DNA from: Octopus bimaculoides
Taxonomy: Eukaryota
Assembly: GCF_001194135.2 (NCBI RefSeq)
Contig: NC_068994.1
Coordinates: 17,360,992-17,424,991, forward strand
Direction: 5' to 3'
DNA length: 64,000 nt
How positions within the stretch are numbered: position 1 is the first letter of the stretch; each line of letters starts with the position of its first letter. Positions 24,190 through 37,055 of this stretch are shown here, piece after piece. The translations under genes and the position numbers were made by a program. Under the pieces are notes generated by a model. It made no database searches. It saw nothing but the letters and a program-made list of their open reading frames with translations, and was not told the origin of the DNA.

Positions 24190-24855
24190 CCTTATGCAGT
24201 AATATACATCTGGAAGATCCTGGAAGGAATTTTGGCATTGAAAGCTACACCAATGCCAGAATGGGACGACACTGCATAGTGCCAAACATCCCAGCAATGC
24301 CATCGCGCTTCAGGACCAGTTGCTGCAACAGTTTGGGTTTCAGGGGCCCACAGCTTTTTAATATTCTCCCAAAGAGCCTGAGGAACCTGCACAAAGTAAG
24401 GCGGCGAGCTGGCAGAAGCGTTAGCATAACGGGCGAAATGCTTAGCGGTATTTCGTCTGCCGTTACGTTCTGAGTTCAAATTCCGCTGAGGTCGACTTTG
24501 CCTTTCATCCTTTCGGGGTCGATAAATTAAGTACCAGTTACGCACTGGGTCGATGTAATCGACTTAACCCCTTTGTTTGTCCTCTCTATGTTTAGCCCCT
24601 TGTGGGCAATAAAGAAATTGAACCTGCACAAAGTAGATGTAGGGGGGTTTTTAAATCAAAGCTGGACCTCTTCCTGTCGAGAGTCCCAGATGAACCTACC
24701 TCACGGCAAGAGGTGCAAATGAGGGTTGCTAAATCAAACTCCATTCTTCACCAAGTGCCACATATTGTAGGAGGCTCCCTGTAATAACAGTGTAGCAAAA
24801 CGGCGGTGCATCAGCATGGCCGTAGCTCTGAGCTGAAACTATAAAAAAAAAAAAA
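24190..24855 (+). mobile_element. CR1/L2-group LINE 3' end
   Basis: YAVIYIWKILEG...GPQLFNILPKSLRNLHKV / FKSKLDLFLSRVPDEP...SNSILHQ; 3' UTR then poly(A). Confidence 0.88.
24399..24619 (+). mobile_element. Family B SINE, young, with perfect 16-bp TSD, inserted in a CR1-type LINE
   Basis: TSD gaacctgcacaaagta at 24383-24398 and 24620-24635. Confidence 0.95.
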
Positions 24856-24889
24856 ATTTTGTCAATGTTAATAATAATAATAACAATAA

Positions 24890-25320
24890 TAATTCTTTCT
24901 ACTATTGGCACATGGCCTGAAATTTTGTGGGAGGGGGCTAGTTGATTACATGGACCTCAGTGCTCGTCTGGTACTTACTTTATCAACTCTGAAAGAATGA
25001 AAGGCAAAGCTGACCTCAGCAGAATTTGAACTCAGAACATAAAGATGAAGTGCTGCTAAGCATTTTACCTGGTATGCTAACAATTCTACAAGCAGACCAC
25101 CTTAATAGTAATAATGGTTTAAAGTTTTGGCCCAAGACCAGCAACTTCAGGGAGGGGTTAAGTTGATTAAATCAACCCCAGTATTCAACTGGTACTTATT
25201 TTATTGACACCAAAAGGATGAAAGACAAAATCGACTTCAGCAGTATTTTAACTCAGAATGTCAAGATGGATGAGATAGCACTAAGCGTTTTACCTGGTAT
25301 GCTAATGAGTCTATCAGTTC
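24890..25320 (-). mobile_element. Two tandem family B SINEs
   Basis: Repeated aaaggatgaaaggcaaa..ctcagaa..ctaagc motif. Confidence 0.75.
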
Positions 25321-25424
25321 TTTTATTTGGCACCAGGTTGAAGAATGAGGGGTACAATACAAAGATAGACATAAAGTGCGGAGGTTTACATATAATGAAA
25401 TGGTAAAAAAAAAATATATATATA

Positions 25425-25770
25425 TTGGTGCAGTTGTGTGGTAAGAAACTTGCTTCCCAACCACATGGTTATGGGTTCTGTCCCACTGCACGGCACCTTT
25501 GGTGAGTATCTTCTATTGTCTCAGGCCAACCAAAACCTTGTGAGTGGATTTGGTAGATGGAAACTGGAAGAAGCTTGTGTTTGTCCCCCACCACCACTTG
25601 ACAATGGTTTTTGATGTGTTTATGTCCCAGTAACTTAGTGGTTCAACAAGAGACCAAAAGAGTAAGTACAAGGCTTCAAAATTAAATACTGGGGTTGATT
25701 CGTTCAACTAAAATTCTTCAAGGCTGTTCCCCCATGACTGCAGTCTAATGACTGAAAAATGTAAAGGATA
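25425..25770 (+). mobile_element. Family A SINE, older copy
   Basis: Head, core and cagtctaatgactg tail recognisable with decay. Confidence 0.8.
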
Positions 25771-26385
25771 TACGTCTGTCGTAAAAGGATAGAAGGTGGG
25801 GGAAGGATGATACAGGAGGACCTCCAGGGATAATCGAGGAACCCAACTGTCCAAGCTCTCTTTGAACACAAAGAGCGGTACCATCCACTCCTGCCATTTT
25901 TGCAACCTTCACCCATCTTTCAATAAATTCACTAGAGGACAGCACATGCCTCTCCATCGTCACTATCGTTTTCTAGTGAAACTTGAAAAAGTCGATGAGG
26001 GGGCTCAACGAGAGAGGAATATCTCTGCTCTCGTGCCTTTTAGCCTCGTCCACCAGACGACCTCTTTCGCCACAGCCACCAGGCGAAGGAAAACTGCCTT
26101 ACCTGGCCGATTGTAGGAGGGCGGCGGGGTAATCATTACTAATAATATACGTATATGTATATTTATGAATATTAATATACATATATTTGTGTGTGTGTGT
26201 GTATGTATATATACATATGCAGGCGAAGGTAAAGGATATGCATACCACCCGTTTTGGGCGTTTATAGTTAGAATGACACCGAAAACGGGTGGTGTGCGTA
26301 TTCTTGTCCTCTGCCCATATGTGTGTGTGTGTGTGTGTGTATATGAGTGTAAGTTTATGTCTATGTGCATTCATATATATACGTA

Positions 26386-26426
<41 letters not shown>

Positions 26427-26537
26427 TATGTATTTATGTATGCATGTTTACATATATACACTAGCATGTAGTTATATGTATATTGATATATATGTAATTA
26501 TTTTGCGTGTGTGTGTATACATATATACATCTATCTA

Positions 26538-26608
<71 letters not shown>

Positions 26609-26989
26609 TCCGTCACTTGACCTAACAATTTTCAGAAAATATTTTGGGGTTTGGTTCAAAGTTTGGTTGCTTGAATCTTTTGACTGCGGAACATAAGAAG
26701 CGTGTTCGCTCACAAATTAATATATATTATTCTAACAATTCAAATGTTCGTAATTTCCAATGACGGAGCAGTTTCAGTTGATATAACTGTGTTAAAAATA
26801 ACGATAGAAAAAACACCGCAATGTCAAGGTTGTGTAGCCCCGATCAAATAGACATCTGATTAATTATGAGCCAACGACGGAACTCTTCTATCCTGGTATC
26901 GAACCATGTAGCACAGTAAGGGATGTCAGTTCTACGAGCCGATGGGTTTCTGCTCAATTTTTATTATTATTATTTTTTTTTTAATACAA

Positions 26990-27530
26990 ATTCCACTTGC
27001 ATGTTATTGTTCGTTCAACCCGTTAGAAACAGCAGCCTAATCTCTTAAAAAAGGATGGATATATCGGACAATGTAACCCTAGATATACAAAAAAGACGAG
27101 ATGGTGATAGCTGGAATGACTCTGGTAATGTCTTGCTCGATCATAGCGAAGCTGGGGTTAAACAACCTAAGATAAAATCATTCTCGTAGTGGCCAGTCCC
27201 TCTTTTTACCAGGCATAAGTACACGCATGAATACATTATTCAATGTGTCTTTTTTTTAAGACTGGGAGGGTCTAATTTGAGAGATTTGGCTGCTATTTCT
27301 AACAGGTTTCCGTTAGTTCTTTTAGCCACTGGTCAACTCTGATCGAGCAAGCCTATGATCCGATGGGTTCTAGTTAAGACCATCTCATTTTTTTTGGTAT
27401 ATCTAGGACGTCATTGCCCAATGTGTCCCTTCCCTTTTTTTTTTTTTTTAAGATGTTAGGGGGTGTGGCTGCTATTTCTAGCAGTCAAGCAAACTGCGTC
27501 AGGATTCCTCCTTTTGGTTCGCAATGTCAT
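26990..27530. mobile_element. Family F repeat (tagcagccaaatct / ggctgctatttctagcag), several copies in both orientations
   Basis: Related segments at about 7610, 15960, 17150, 57500 and 57990. Confidence 0.6.
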
Positions 27531-28546
27531 GGTGAATGCACAATGTGAAACTGAGTTGCTTGCCAATACGGAAAATAAGTTAATATTTTGTGAATGGAAG
27601 AATTGTATTAGTTCAAGTATAAAAATAGTACTAAAAATTGTAATTTAATCCGTCAACTGTTCTTCATGGTCTCGTTTTAAAGTTTCCCTTCCGTTTCTCG
27701 AATACCGCAGAAACAACCGCTTGAAATCTTAAGTGGACACCACACACATATGTATGTGTATGCGACTGTGTGTGTGTATGTGTGTGTAAATATATACACT
27801 CACTTTATTCGTATTAGCGTATCATTAGTATCATTTCAGAATTAAAAAAAACAACAACTGTTTCCATTATGTACAAGAATCTTAATGAATAGTAGTGATA
27901 CACAATCTAATTACTGGTACATACGCTATCAGTCGTTTATTACTCAGACGAGACTATCTCGTTAGCAGCGACGTATTTATTATATATTAGCTGATATTGA
28001 CTGCAATAATGCAAAAACAATTCCTCAATGGATGGTGGTAGTTGAGTGTAGGGGAGCAAAGACGAGGGCTATAGAAATTGAATTGAACCTAGTGTATTAC
28101 TGGTACGCATTTTATCGATCGATCGCGTGAGGATAAAGAGCATATTTGCTAGCCTGCAACTGTAGATTCTACTATGGTAATTAAATAATGTGGTAGAAGG
28201 CTGTTCGACTTTGTAAAGCGAGGATATGCATCCAGAATCTTATAACATTGCGTTAGTATGTTTAACATAGAACAGACCATCTGATGATAAGTAACATCAC
28301 AAGATAATATTGCATTCAGTCACTCAGGTAGTGCTGCTATTTAATATTCGCAGATTCTTATTTATTTATTTATTTATTTATTTACCCTATAATTATTATT
28401 TTTTGGTTTCATTACGGTTTTGTTGTAATTATATAAATATTATGAGGAAATATTATTTTTTATTCCGGTGTTTTGAACTAGTAGCGCGTAGAATCGCATT
28501 ATTACAATAGACCAATGAGATTCTCGGTTTGGGTTATTCTGCTGAA

Positions 28547-28809
28547 ATGTTATGCCAAATTTATTCTGCTATTGCTATTATTATTTTTATTATTATGGAA
28601 CTTGGAGTCAGTTGCATGTCTGATGATCAAAAATCGCTTGAGCTGTTCGGTAGAGGAGAGGCCGTCGAAGACATCGCCTCTCCTTTGTTGGCCTACCAAA
28701 TGGCAGATATCTTCAACGACAGACGACTCAGTGACATTTTCAAGGACTGTGATGGTTTGGTACAGGTTCTCGAAGCAGGAGAACCGGGCAGCATCAGTTT
28801 TGTTATCAG
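28547..28809 (+). CDS. Candidate first coding exon C with signal peptide (MLCQIYSAIAIIIFIIMELGVSC-MSDDQKSLELFG...GEPGSISFVI), unidentified secreted or membrane protein
   Basis: Hydrophobic N-terminus ending VSC, coding-like CpG-rich sequence, CCAAT at 28512, donor CAG|GTATAT, phase 2. Confidence 0.7.
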
Positions 28810-28916
28810 GTATATAGCTATATGCATCAGCACCTACATACTTACGCACACACACACAAACAAAAAACACAAACACAAACACATTTAATAAATGTGTGTA
28901 TATATATATATATACA

Positions 28917-28982
28917 AATGGCGGTGCCCCAGCATGGCCACAGCTCATGAGCTGAAACTAGATAAAATGAAAATGAAAATGA

Positions 28983-28985
<3 letters not shown>
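28917..28985 (+). mobile_element. Extremely 5'-truncated 3' end of the same LINE
   Basis: ggcggtgccccagcatggccacagctcatgagctgaaacta plus (AAAATG)n tail, matching 24805-24850. Confidence 0.7.
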
Positions 28986-29035
<50 letters not shown>

Positions 29036-29224
29036 CATATACATACATACATATATGTGTGTGTGTTTATATGTACTTAACTGTGTATTTGTATGAGTAT
29101 GTAGTTTTGTATATGTACATATTTGTGCATGTGTATGTATATGTGTACATATATGTATATATATTTATATATACACATATATTTATGAGAGAAAGAGAGA
29201 TACATTTATCTGTGTAAATGTATC

Positions 29225-29255
<31 letters not shown>

Positions 29256-29429
29256 CCATACACACACACACATTTACAGATATACACATGTAAATGTGTG
29301 TGTATTTTTATATGCATTTGTATATATGTACGTTGTGTGTGTGTATGTGTGTGTGTATCTATCTGCACAAATCATGGCTTCATCTGATTTTTTGATAGAT
29401 ATTATTTTTTTATCTTGTTGGGTTTCTAG

Positions 29430-29500
29430 CAACTGTACTCACCAAGCAAAACCTGATGAGGGGAGCCAGCTTGATCGTCGTTGACCTGACCATGCAACAG
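29430..29500 (+). CDS. Candidate internal exon (TVLTKQNLMRGASLIVVDLTMQQ)
   Basis: Coding-like island between microsatellites, donor CAG|GTTGTA; acceptor phase conflicts with exon C (see findings). Confidence 0.35.
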
Positions 29501-29758
29501 GTTGTACTAGACTACGTTACGAGTGTCAAACATGAGTGACCCAATGTTTATGTTTATAAACACATATGTATGTGCATACACACATACACCAAGTGCTTAT
29601 GAATATATGTACATATATATGCGTGTGTATTTATATATATAAGCATGTATGTATATGTACATATCTATGTATATAATATATGCATATACTGTATCTATCT
29701 ACACACACACACATATATGTATTACATATATGTGTCTAGTCTTTATAAAAATATATGA

Positions 29759-29796
<38 letters not shown>

Positions 29797-30118
29797 NNNN
29801 NNNNNNNNNNNNNNNNNNNNNNNNNNNNNNNNNNNNNNNNNNNNNNNNNNNNNNNNNNNNNNNNNNNNNNNNNNNNNNNNNNNNNNNNNNNNNNNNNNNN
29901 NNNNNNNNNNNNNNNNNNNNNNNNNNNNNNNNNNNNNNNNNNNNNNNNNNNNNNNNNNNNNNNNNNNNNNNNNNNNNNNNNNNNNNNNNNNNNNNNNNNN
30001 NNNNNNNNNNNNNNNNNNNNNNNNNNNNNNNNNNNNNNNNNNNNNNNNNNNNNNNNNNNNNNNNNNNNNNNNNNNNNNNNNNNNNNNNNNNNNNNNNNNN
30101 NNNNNNNNNNNNNNNNNN

Positions 30119-30157
<39 letters not shown>

Positions 30158-31149
30158 CATCGTTTAACGTCCATCTTTCATCCATGTATGGGTAGGACGG
30201 CTGACTGGAGCCAGCCAGGTAAAAAAAAAACTACCCCAAACCATTGTGTCTGTTTTGGCAGGGTTTTTACGGCTGGATGCCCCTCCTAACACCAACAACT
30301 CCGCAGCATGGACTCATTGGTTTTTATGTAGCACTAGCACAGGCGAGGTTAGTTTTAGCATGAGTTTTACAACTGAATGACCTTCCAAACGTCAACCACA
30401 TTACAGTGTGGACTGGATGCTTTTAACATGGCACCAGCACTGACAGGGTAACCAAGTAACTCGCAAAACAAGGAATTATGAGAGAAGCAGGGGCATTTGA
30501 GGAGGGTAACACTTGTCAGAGGACAAAAGGCTAGAGTGTGACAAAGAGACAGTGAGACAGAAGCAGTTGTCTTGCCACAACAGAGGGGACATTAGAGGAG
30601 GTGCTCCAGTATTAGATGATGAAATGTTAGAATGTGACAGAGAAATAGAAAGGCAGAGATGGGTGTCTTGCTATAGAGGAGGTACATCGTTACCCAAGGA
30701 GAGAGAGAGAGGCCAGAAACCTTATAAAGTAATTTTCTTATTCTTTGAATTCCATAATTGAAATGATAGGTAGTACACTAATACTCCTAATTGTTGTTTC
30801 CTTACACATTATTTATAACAATTATACCAATAATAATTCCATTTTAGGTACACACGTCTTTCTATTACAAGCATGTTTGTCTATCACCTATAATGTATTT
30901 GTTTTTATATTAACATCCTGCCTTTATATTTCTTTACCAAATAAACATGTATACATTTATATATATTTATAAAGATTAAACACATATGTGTATATATATA
31001 TATATATGCACGTGTGTATACATATGTGTGTGTGTAGATAGATAGATATAGTATATGCATATATATGTATATGTACATATATATGCATGTTTATCTGGTA
31101 CATGTGTATATGAGTCTGCAGTTGAGCTATTTCTCTCAATGTCCCCATT

Positions 31150-31735
31150 TTGTAACACTCAGGTTGTCTCTTTTGCAAAATTATAGAAAGCCTTTGGGTT
31201 AATCTTTATATTTTCTATAGCTCTAGTTTTTCTTTGTGCCCCTTTGTTTTCACAAGGGAGTGCATATTTCTTTTTGATCTGGGAGTGTTCATTTTAAATG
31301 GGGCTCCTCACTATCTTCAACTTTGTGATTTGAGATGTTTAATGTTCATCTCCAATGGACTTTCTATCTTTGGGATATTTTTGTGTATATTCGCCCTTCA
31401 CTTTGGAACAAATATGTTACATTATGATTTGCATTATTGACATAAATTTTGTTTTATGTCATTTTGCATAGAGAGACTTCCAGGTGAATTCTATTTGAAG
31501 TTTTCTATTTGGATTGATTTTTAACAAACCTTATGAATGTTAAGGCAAGATCATACATTTCTTGTAGGGTACATATCTATGGTTTGGGCCATAGATTGAA
31601 GTTGATCTGAGAAAATCATCAGCTCACTTTGACTTTTTGGATGAATGCTATGTTATTTGTGAAGTAGAGATCTAAAATGTTTTTGCCCCTGGTTGAGTGG
31701 CGTATACATTGTTCCATAAACAGTGTAATTGAAAA
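31150..31735 (-). mobile_element. CR1/L2-group ORF2 fragment (endonuclease C-terminus and linker)
   Basis: FMEQCIRHSTRGKNILDLYFTNNIAFIQKVKV on the minus strand, with stops. Confidence 0.75.
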
Positions 31736-31844
31736 TTCAAATAGATATTTCTACTTACCTTTGTTCATGTAGTGACATTCCAAAGAGAGTGTGATCTACA
31801 AACCATTTGGCAATCTGGAAGTTGTTTAAGAGACAGGTATATTG

Positions 31845-32215
31845 TAGGCACAGGTGTGGCAGTGTGGTAAGAAGTTTGTTTCCCAACTTCATGATTCTTG
31901 GTTCAATTCCTTGGGCATCTTCTGTTACAGCCTTGCTAGAGGATTTGGCAGGTGGAAACTGAAAGAAGCCCTTTGTGTGTGTGTGTGTTACCATCTTCAT
32001 TGTATGATAATTATAAACGAATGTCATTAGCAAGTAGTGTCCTTCATTCTCAATTTTCCACAAAAAGCATGTCTGGTTATGGGGTAATATTACCTTATTT
32101 GGAAACAGGTATGGGTTGGTAACAGGAAGAGCATCCAGCCATGGAAAATCCACCTCTACAAAATTCTATCTGATCCATTCAGGCATGAAAAAGTGGGTAT
32201 TAAGATGATAATAAT
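31845..32215 (+). mobile_element. CORE-head SINE with alternative tail
   Basis: Same modular layout as the 13598, 42781 and 56946 copies. Confidence 0.75.
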
Positions 32216-32639
32216 GGTTCAATGTGTTGGTATGTGTCTGGTTATTAAACCTTCTGTCTTTCTCAGGCTATGTTCAAATTTACCAGCATGATTTGAAGTA
32301 GCCAATAAATAGTATATTGTATATATAATTACATTGGATTGCTTAATATATACTATTGGTGTATGACAAATTGAGTTTTTTAGTTTGTATGTGCCAGCAA
32401 CACCAAGAGAATGACATCTTCACAGAAGTACATGGTAACTCTGCCATGATATTTTCCCTTTCAATACAGAATATAACATGCTTTGGTATGTGCATCTCTG
32501 TGTCTGCTATGTTTATTAATTAGATGTGTTTCTGTGGTTGCTAAGCATATTGCTTGATTGCATGCAGCAAGATCTCACTTGTATGAGATCTTACATCTGT
32601 TACTGATTTGTAATAGAATTCTACTATTCAGCTGTAATT

Positions 32640-33260
32640 TGGGAAAATGATAAGTGGCAGCCTTGTGTATTGATGAGCATGACATTGATTCTGTATCTGC
32701 TGCAGATAAGGTACCTATCATATGATCTTTTGCACAATATTTTTAAAAAGTAAGCTCGGCCAAATAGACTAATGACATAGAAGATTGCACTCTGAAGAAG
32801 CTTCAAAGAAATTGTGAACACAACATGCAATGAGGTGACTGAAAATATGAAGCAACAGCACAAGAAATGTATATATGCACAAAAACTGAGAAAGATTGGG
32901 ACCAGAAACCTGAAAAAAAAGCCATGGTCAATACAAGGCAAATAAGATGTGTCAAAATCACTATCCAAGAAGCATACTCCAAGGAAGTCAAGGACAGCAT
33001 CTGAGTAGAAAAGTACAGGTACATTGGTGACCTGGTAGACAAAGTGGCCATGGCATGTGGTTTTATTACACCATGAGAAAGGTGAATGGTAAACTCCAGA
33101 GAAACAACTGCCCTTTTTGTGACAAAGAAGTTAACATCATTGCTGATGTGGACCTGCAGCTGAACAAATGCGCAGAATTCTTCAGCCACCAAACCAGGCA
33201 GAAATCTGAAAAATAAAATGCCCCTCAAGAACAATTAAATAACAGAACCAGATATCTCTA
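32640..33260 (+). mobile_element. RTE LINE ORF2 linker remnant
   Basis: KEVKDSI..KYRYIGDLVDKVAM...DKEVNIIADVDLQLNKCAEFFS pattern. Confidence 0.7.
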
Positions 33261-33706
33261 AAGAACCTTTCAACCCTAAGACCACAGTGCAGCTGCTCCA
33301 ATTAATCTTTTAAATCTGGATCAAGGAGGAATTCCCTACTAACTGAAAAGAGGATTCAGATATAATCTCAACTGTATTGGCTGTGGTCACATTACACTTT
33401 CAAGAGCCAAACTTCTCATCCATGAAAGGTTACATATCAGGAAAACAACATGGGATGCTTATAATGCAAACAGCTCTAATGGCATCAAAAGAGCACTGCT
33501 ATCTTTATGTCTAAATGAACACTGGACTGAAAATTCATTTTGGATGAATGCATAAAGGCAGAGCTACTATTGGTGGCATTCTTGATCAGATGATGTGGTA
33601 TATGTTTTTTAACAAACACTTAGGGTTAATTTGTCATCTGAAGGGCTATGGTAGAAATTTATCAAACCTGCTACAGGAAAAAATATATATATATGCATAT
33701 GTGCAT

Positions 33707-33864
33707 GATGAGCTTCTTTCAGTTTCCATCTACCAGATCCACTCACAAGGATTTGGTTGGCCTGAGGCCATAGTAGAAGACACTTGCCCAAGGTGCCACA
33801 CAGTGGGTTAGAACCCAGAACCATGTAGTTGGGAAGCAAGGTTCTTACTACACAGCCATACTCA
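33707..33864 (-). mobile_element. Family A SINE head/core between the two RTE remnants
   Basis: Reverse complement of head and core. Confidence 0.8.
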
Positions 33865-34149
33865 CAGCTACATTAACTCATTTCGATGTCATTCATCAGC
33901 AGCTATGCACTACCTTTGACTGTCCTCAAACACATTGCTTTTATAGTTGTATTTTTCCTTCCTGTCTATCACAAGAGTCATAAGCACTCTCATGCATGCA
34001 TATACACACAACATAATTTCTGCCTACCAAATTCATTCAGAAGGCTTTACATCATCTTTTTACATTCACCTTCCATGATATAAACATACAATTATCATAT
34101 ATATGTATACATATGTGTGTGTCTATTTATTGTTGACAAAAAGGAATTC

Positions 34150-34690
34150 ATATATATTTTTGTGCCCTGAACTTTTTGCCAGCTGCCTTCAGAATGCTCA
34201 GACCCATTTGATGATTACAGATCATTTGGAGATCACAAACAAAACTCAGGATTTTTAACATGAATATGAAGATATTTCTGCTGTATGTATGTGAAACCTG
34301 GTGCATCACAAAGTTCTCCATCAACAAACTGCAAACATTTGTGAATGAATGTCTGTGGGACATCTTTTGGATGAGGAGTTAAGACAGGCTCACGATGCTA
34401 TTCTGGGTGCAAATGAACCAACGACCTATCAAGACCAAGATCAAGAGGGGGGAATACGGGAGCTGGCTCACATTCTACAGAGCCCAGTTTCTAGCATTAT
34501 AAGGCAAACCCTTCAATGAGCATCCCCAAGGGAGATGGAGGCATGGAATTCTGAAAACAACATGCAGAAGGACCACAGAGACTGAAGCTCTTACTATACA
34601 TGGGGAAAACTGCAATCTATTGCCAAATATTGAGACAGGTGGAAATTTCTTTTCCCTGTTCTCTACTCCATATGGAGACAAAGGAACTAA
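34150..34690 (+). mobile_element. RTE LINE 3' end remnant
   Basis: RIFNMNMKIFLLYVCETW...INKLQTFVNECL...TWGKLQSIAK..RW pattern. Confidence 0.75.
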
Positions 34691-34737
34691 GGAAGAACAT
34701 ATATATGTATATATATGTATTTATGTGTGTGTATGTA

Positions 34738-34807
<70 letters not shown>

Positions 34808-35496
34808 TAATATGTATACATAGCAGCAGACATCCATTTTCTATACTGGTATGGGCTGGACGGTTTGACAGGAACTGGCCAGCTGAAGAGCTGCCCAGGC
34901 TCTGTTTTGGCATGGTTTCTGCAGCTGGATGTCCTTCCTAACACCAACCACTTTACAGAGCATATTGGGTATTTTTATGCAGGACCATCTGTCACATGTA
35001 AAGACTATTTTCTGTTAGCCTTCCAGTGATACTGCTGTACCTCTTATGTGTCCATAGCTTGCACTGGTTACACCTTATGGCGTTTCTCCCAACACCTTTT
35101 CTACATATCAAGCATCTGTGATTTCTCTGTTTTCTTACTTATCAATACTTTGGTCATATATATACATACATATATATGTGTGTGTGTGTATACATATATG
35201 TATATACATATATATCACATGACTGACCAGGCTATCAGGTGTTGTTACACATAGCTAGTCACAATGTACTTTTGCATAGTTTTAGCCTTCAAATGGTGCC
35301 ACCCTGATCGCTAGGTGAGCAGGCTAACATTCCTCCCTGATCAAAAGTGGACTGCAGCAATGTGAAATGAGCTGTTTTGTTGAAGAACACAATGTGCCGC
35401 CCAGTCAAGGAATCAAACTCATGATCTAGTGATCATGAGTGCAACAGCCTAACCACTTGGCACACTTTCACTATATATATAATATAATATAATGCA

Positions 35497-35886
35497 TGTG
35501 TGGAGGCGCGATGGCCCAGTGGTTAGGGCAGCGGACTCGCGGTCATAGGATTGCGGTTTTGACTCCCAGACCGGGCGTTGTGAGTGTTTATTGAGCGAAA
35601 CCACCTAAAGCTCCACGAGGCTCTGGCAGGGGATGGTGGCAAACCCTGCTGTACTCTTTCACCACAACCTTCTCTCACTCTTACTTCCTGTTTCTGTTGT
35701 ACCTGTAATTCAAAGGGTCAGCCTTGTCACACTGTGTCACGCTGAATATCCCCGAGAACTACGTTAAGGGCACACATGTCTGTGGAGTGCTCAGCCACTT
35801 GCACGTTAATTTCACGAGCAGGCTGTTCTGTTGATCGGATCAACTGGAACCCTCAACGTCCTAAGCGACGGAGTGCCAACAACAAC
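35497..35886 (+). mobile_element. Full-length tRNA-derived SINE (family G) with 11-bp TSD
   Basis: A/B-box head ggcgcgatggcccagtggttagggc...; (AAC)n tail; TSD aatataatgca at 35486-35496 and 35887-35897. Confidence 0.9.
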
Positions 35887-36481
35887 AATATAATGCACAT
35901 ATTGTCACTCTCTTATGACATTATCCATCTGTATTTCCTCATCCTCAGTCCCTATTCTCTTTTATACTCACCTTCTTATATTTTGAGAGTATGCACTGAC
36001 ACCTTATCACCAATGCCTTTAGCTTCTTTCTATCTACTCCCACCCACTCCTATTATAATGTGAGGGAGCTGTGTATCTCTTCAAAAGCGAGACACTTGTG
36101 CCTGTTCTTGTATCATACTTTAATACCAATACTTTTCTTAAAGCCACCTCTACCTGAGGTTTCTTCTTTTTCTTCGTTTTGCAATTTAGTCGATATGACT
36201 TCACTGGTGTCACTGTCACAAAAAATGCACCCAGTGCACTTAGTGAAGTCACTGGCATTACGAAGGGCATTCCAGCCATAGAAACCATACCAAAGTAGAT
36301 GTTGGTGCTTGACACATTCCTCTGACTTGTGGGATCATGACAAACAGTCAAACCCAAGCCAACATGAGAAACAGATATTAAATAATGATGATGATGGTGA
36401 TTATGATGTTTGTGTATGTAATTTTTACTTAGGTATATATACACATATATATTGTATATGTACATACTTATGTAATGAGTT

Positions 36482-36548
<67 letters not shown>

Positions 36549-37055
36549 TTGTGTATATATATGTGTATGTATATATGTGTGTATGTATATGTGTGTGTGT
36601 GTGTGTGTGTATATATATACATATATATATATATCATCATCAACGATGATGATGNNNNNNNNNNNNNNNNNNNNNNNNNNNNNNNNNNNNNNNNNNNNNN
36701 NNNNNNNNNNNNNNNNNNNNNNNNNNNNNNNNNNNNNNNNNNNNNNNNNNNNNNNNNNNNNNNNNNNNNNNNNATATATATCCATATGTAGATATATATG
36801 CATATACAGGAGTTGGATGAAATATTGGAAATACCTTGCTATATGGAAGTTATATTATTTAAACCAGCCATATCTGGCCCAAACAGATGAGATGGGTCAG
36901 ATCCAGCCTCTCACACCTACCCTACAATGTCATCCTAAAAATATACAAACACACTATTGAAATCTTAAAGCTACAAGATATTGTGTGATTAATTCAAAAC
37001 AATGTGAATAAATAAGCGATACATTTGACAAAAATCTGAACACTAAAGGATTAAT

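Noticed and set aside
26020-26110. HDV-like fold in the 26 kb island (gccaggt/gcctggt, GG, GCGAA)
   Set aside because: Only 16 nt lie between the P1 strands, too few for P2, P3 and L3; no consistent topology.
31234-31440. Plus-strand phase-2 exon candidate after tttcacaag
   Set aside because: Antisense of the CR1/L2 fragment on the minus strand.
35497-35580. tRNA gene
   Set aside because: tRNA-derived head of a SINE with body, tail and TSD.
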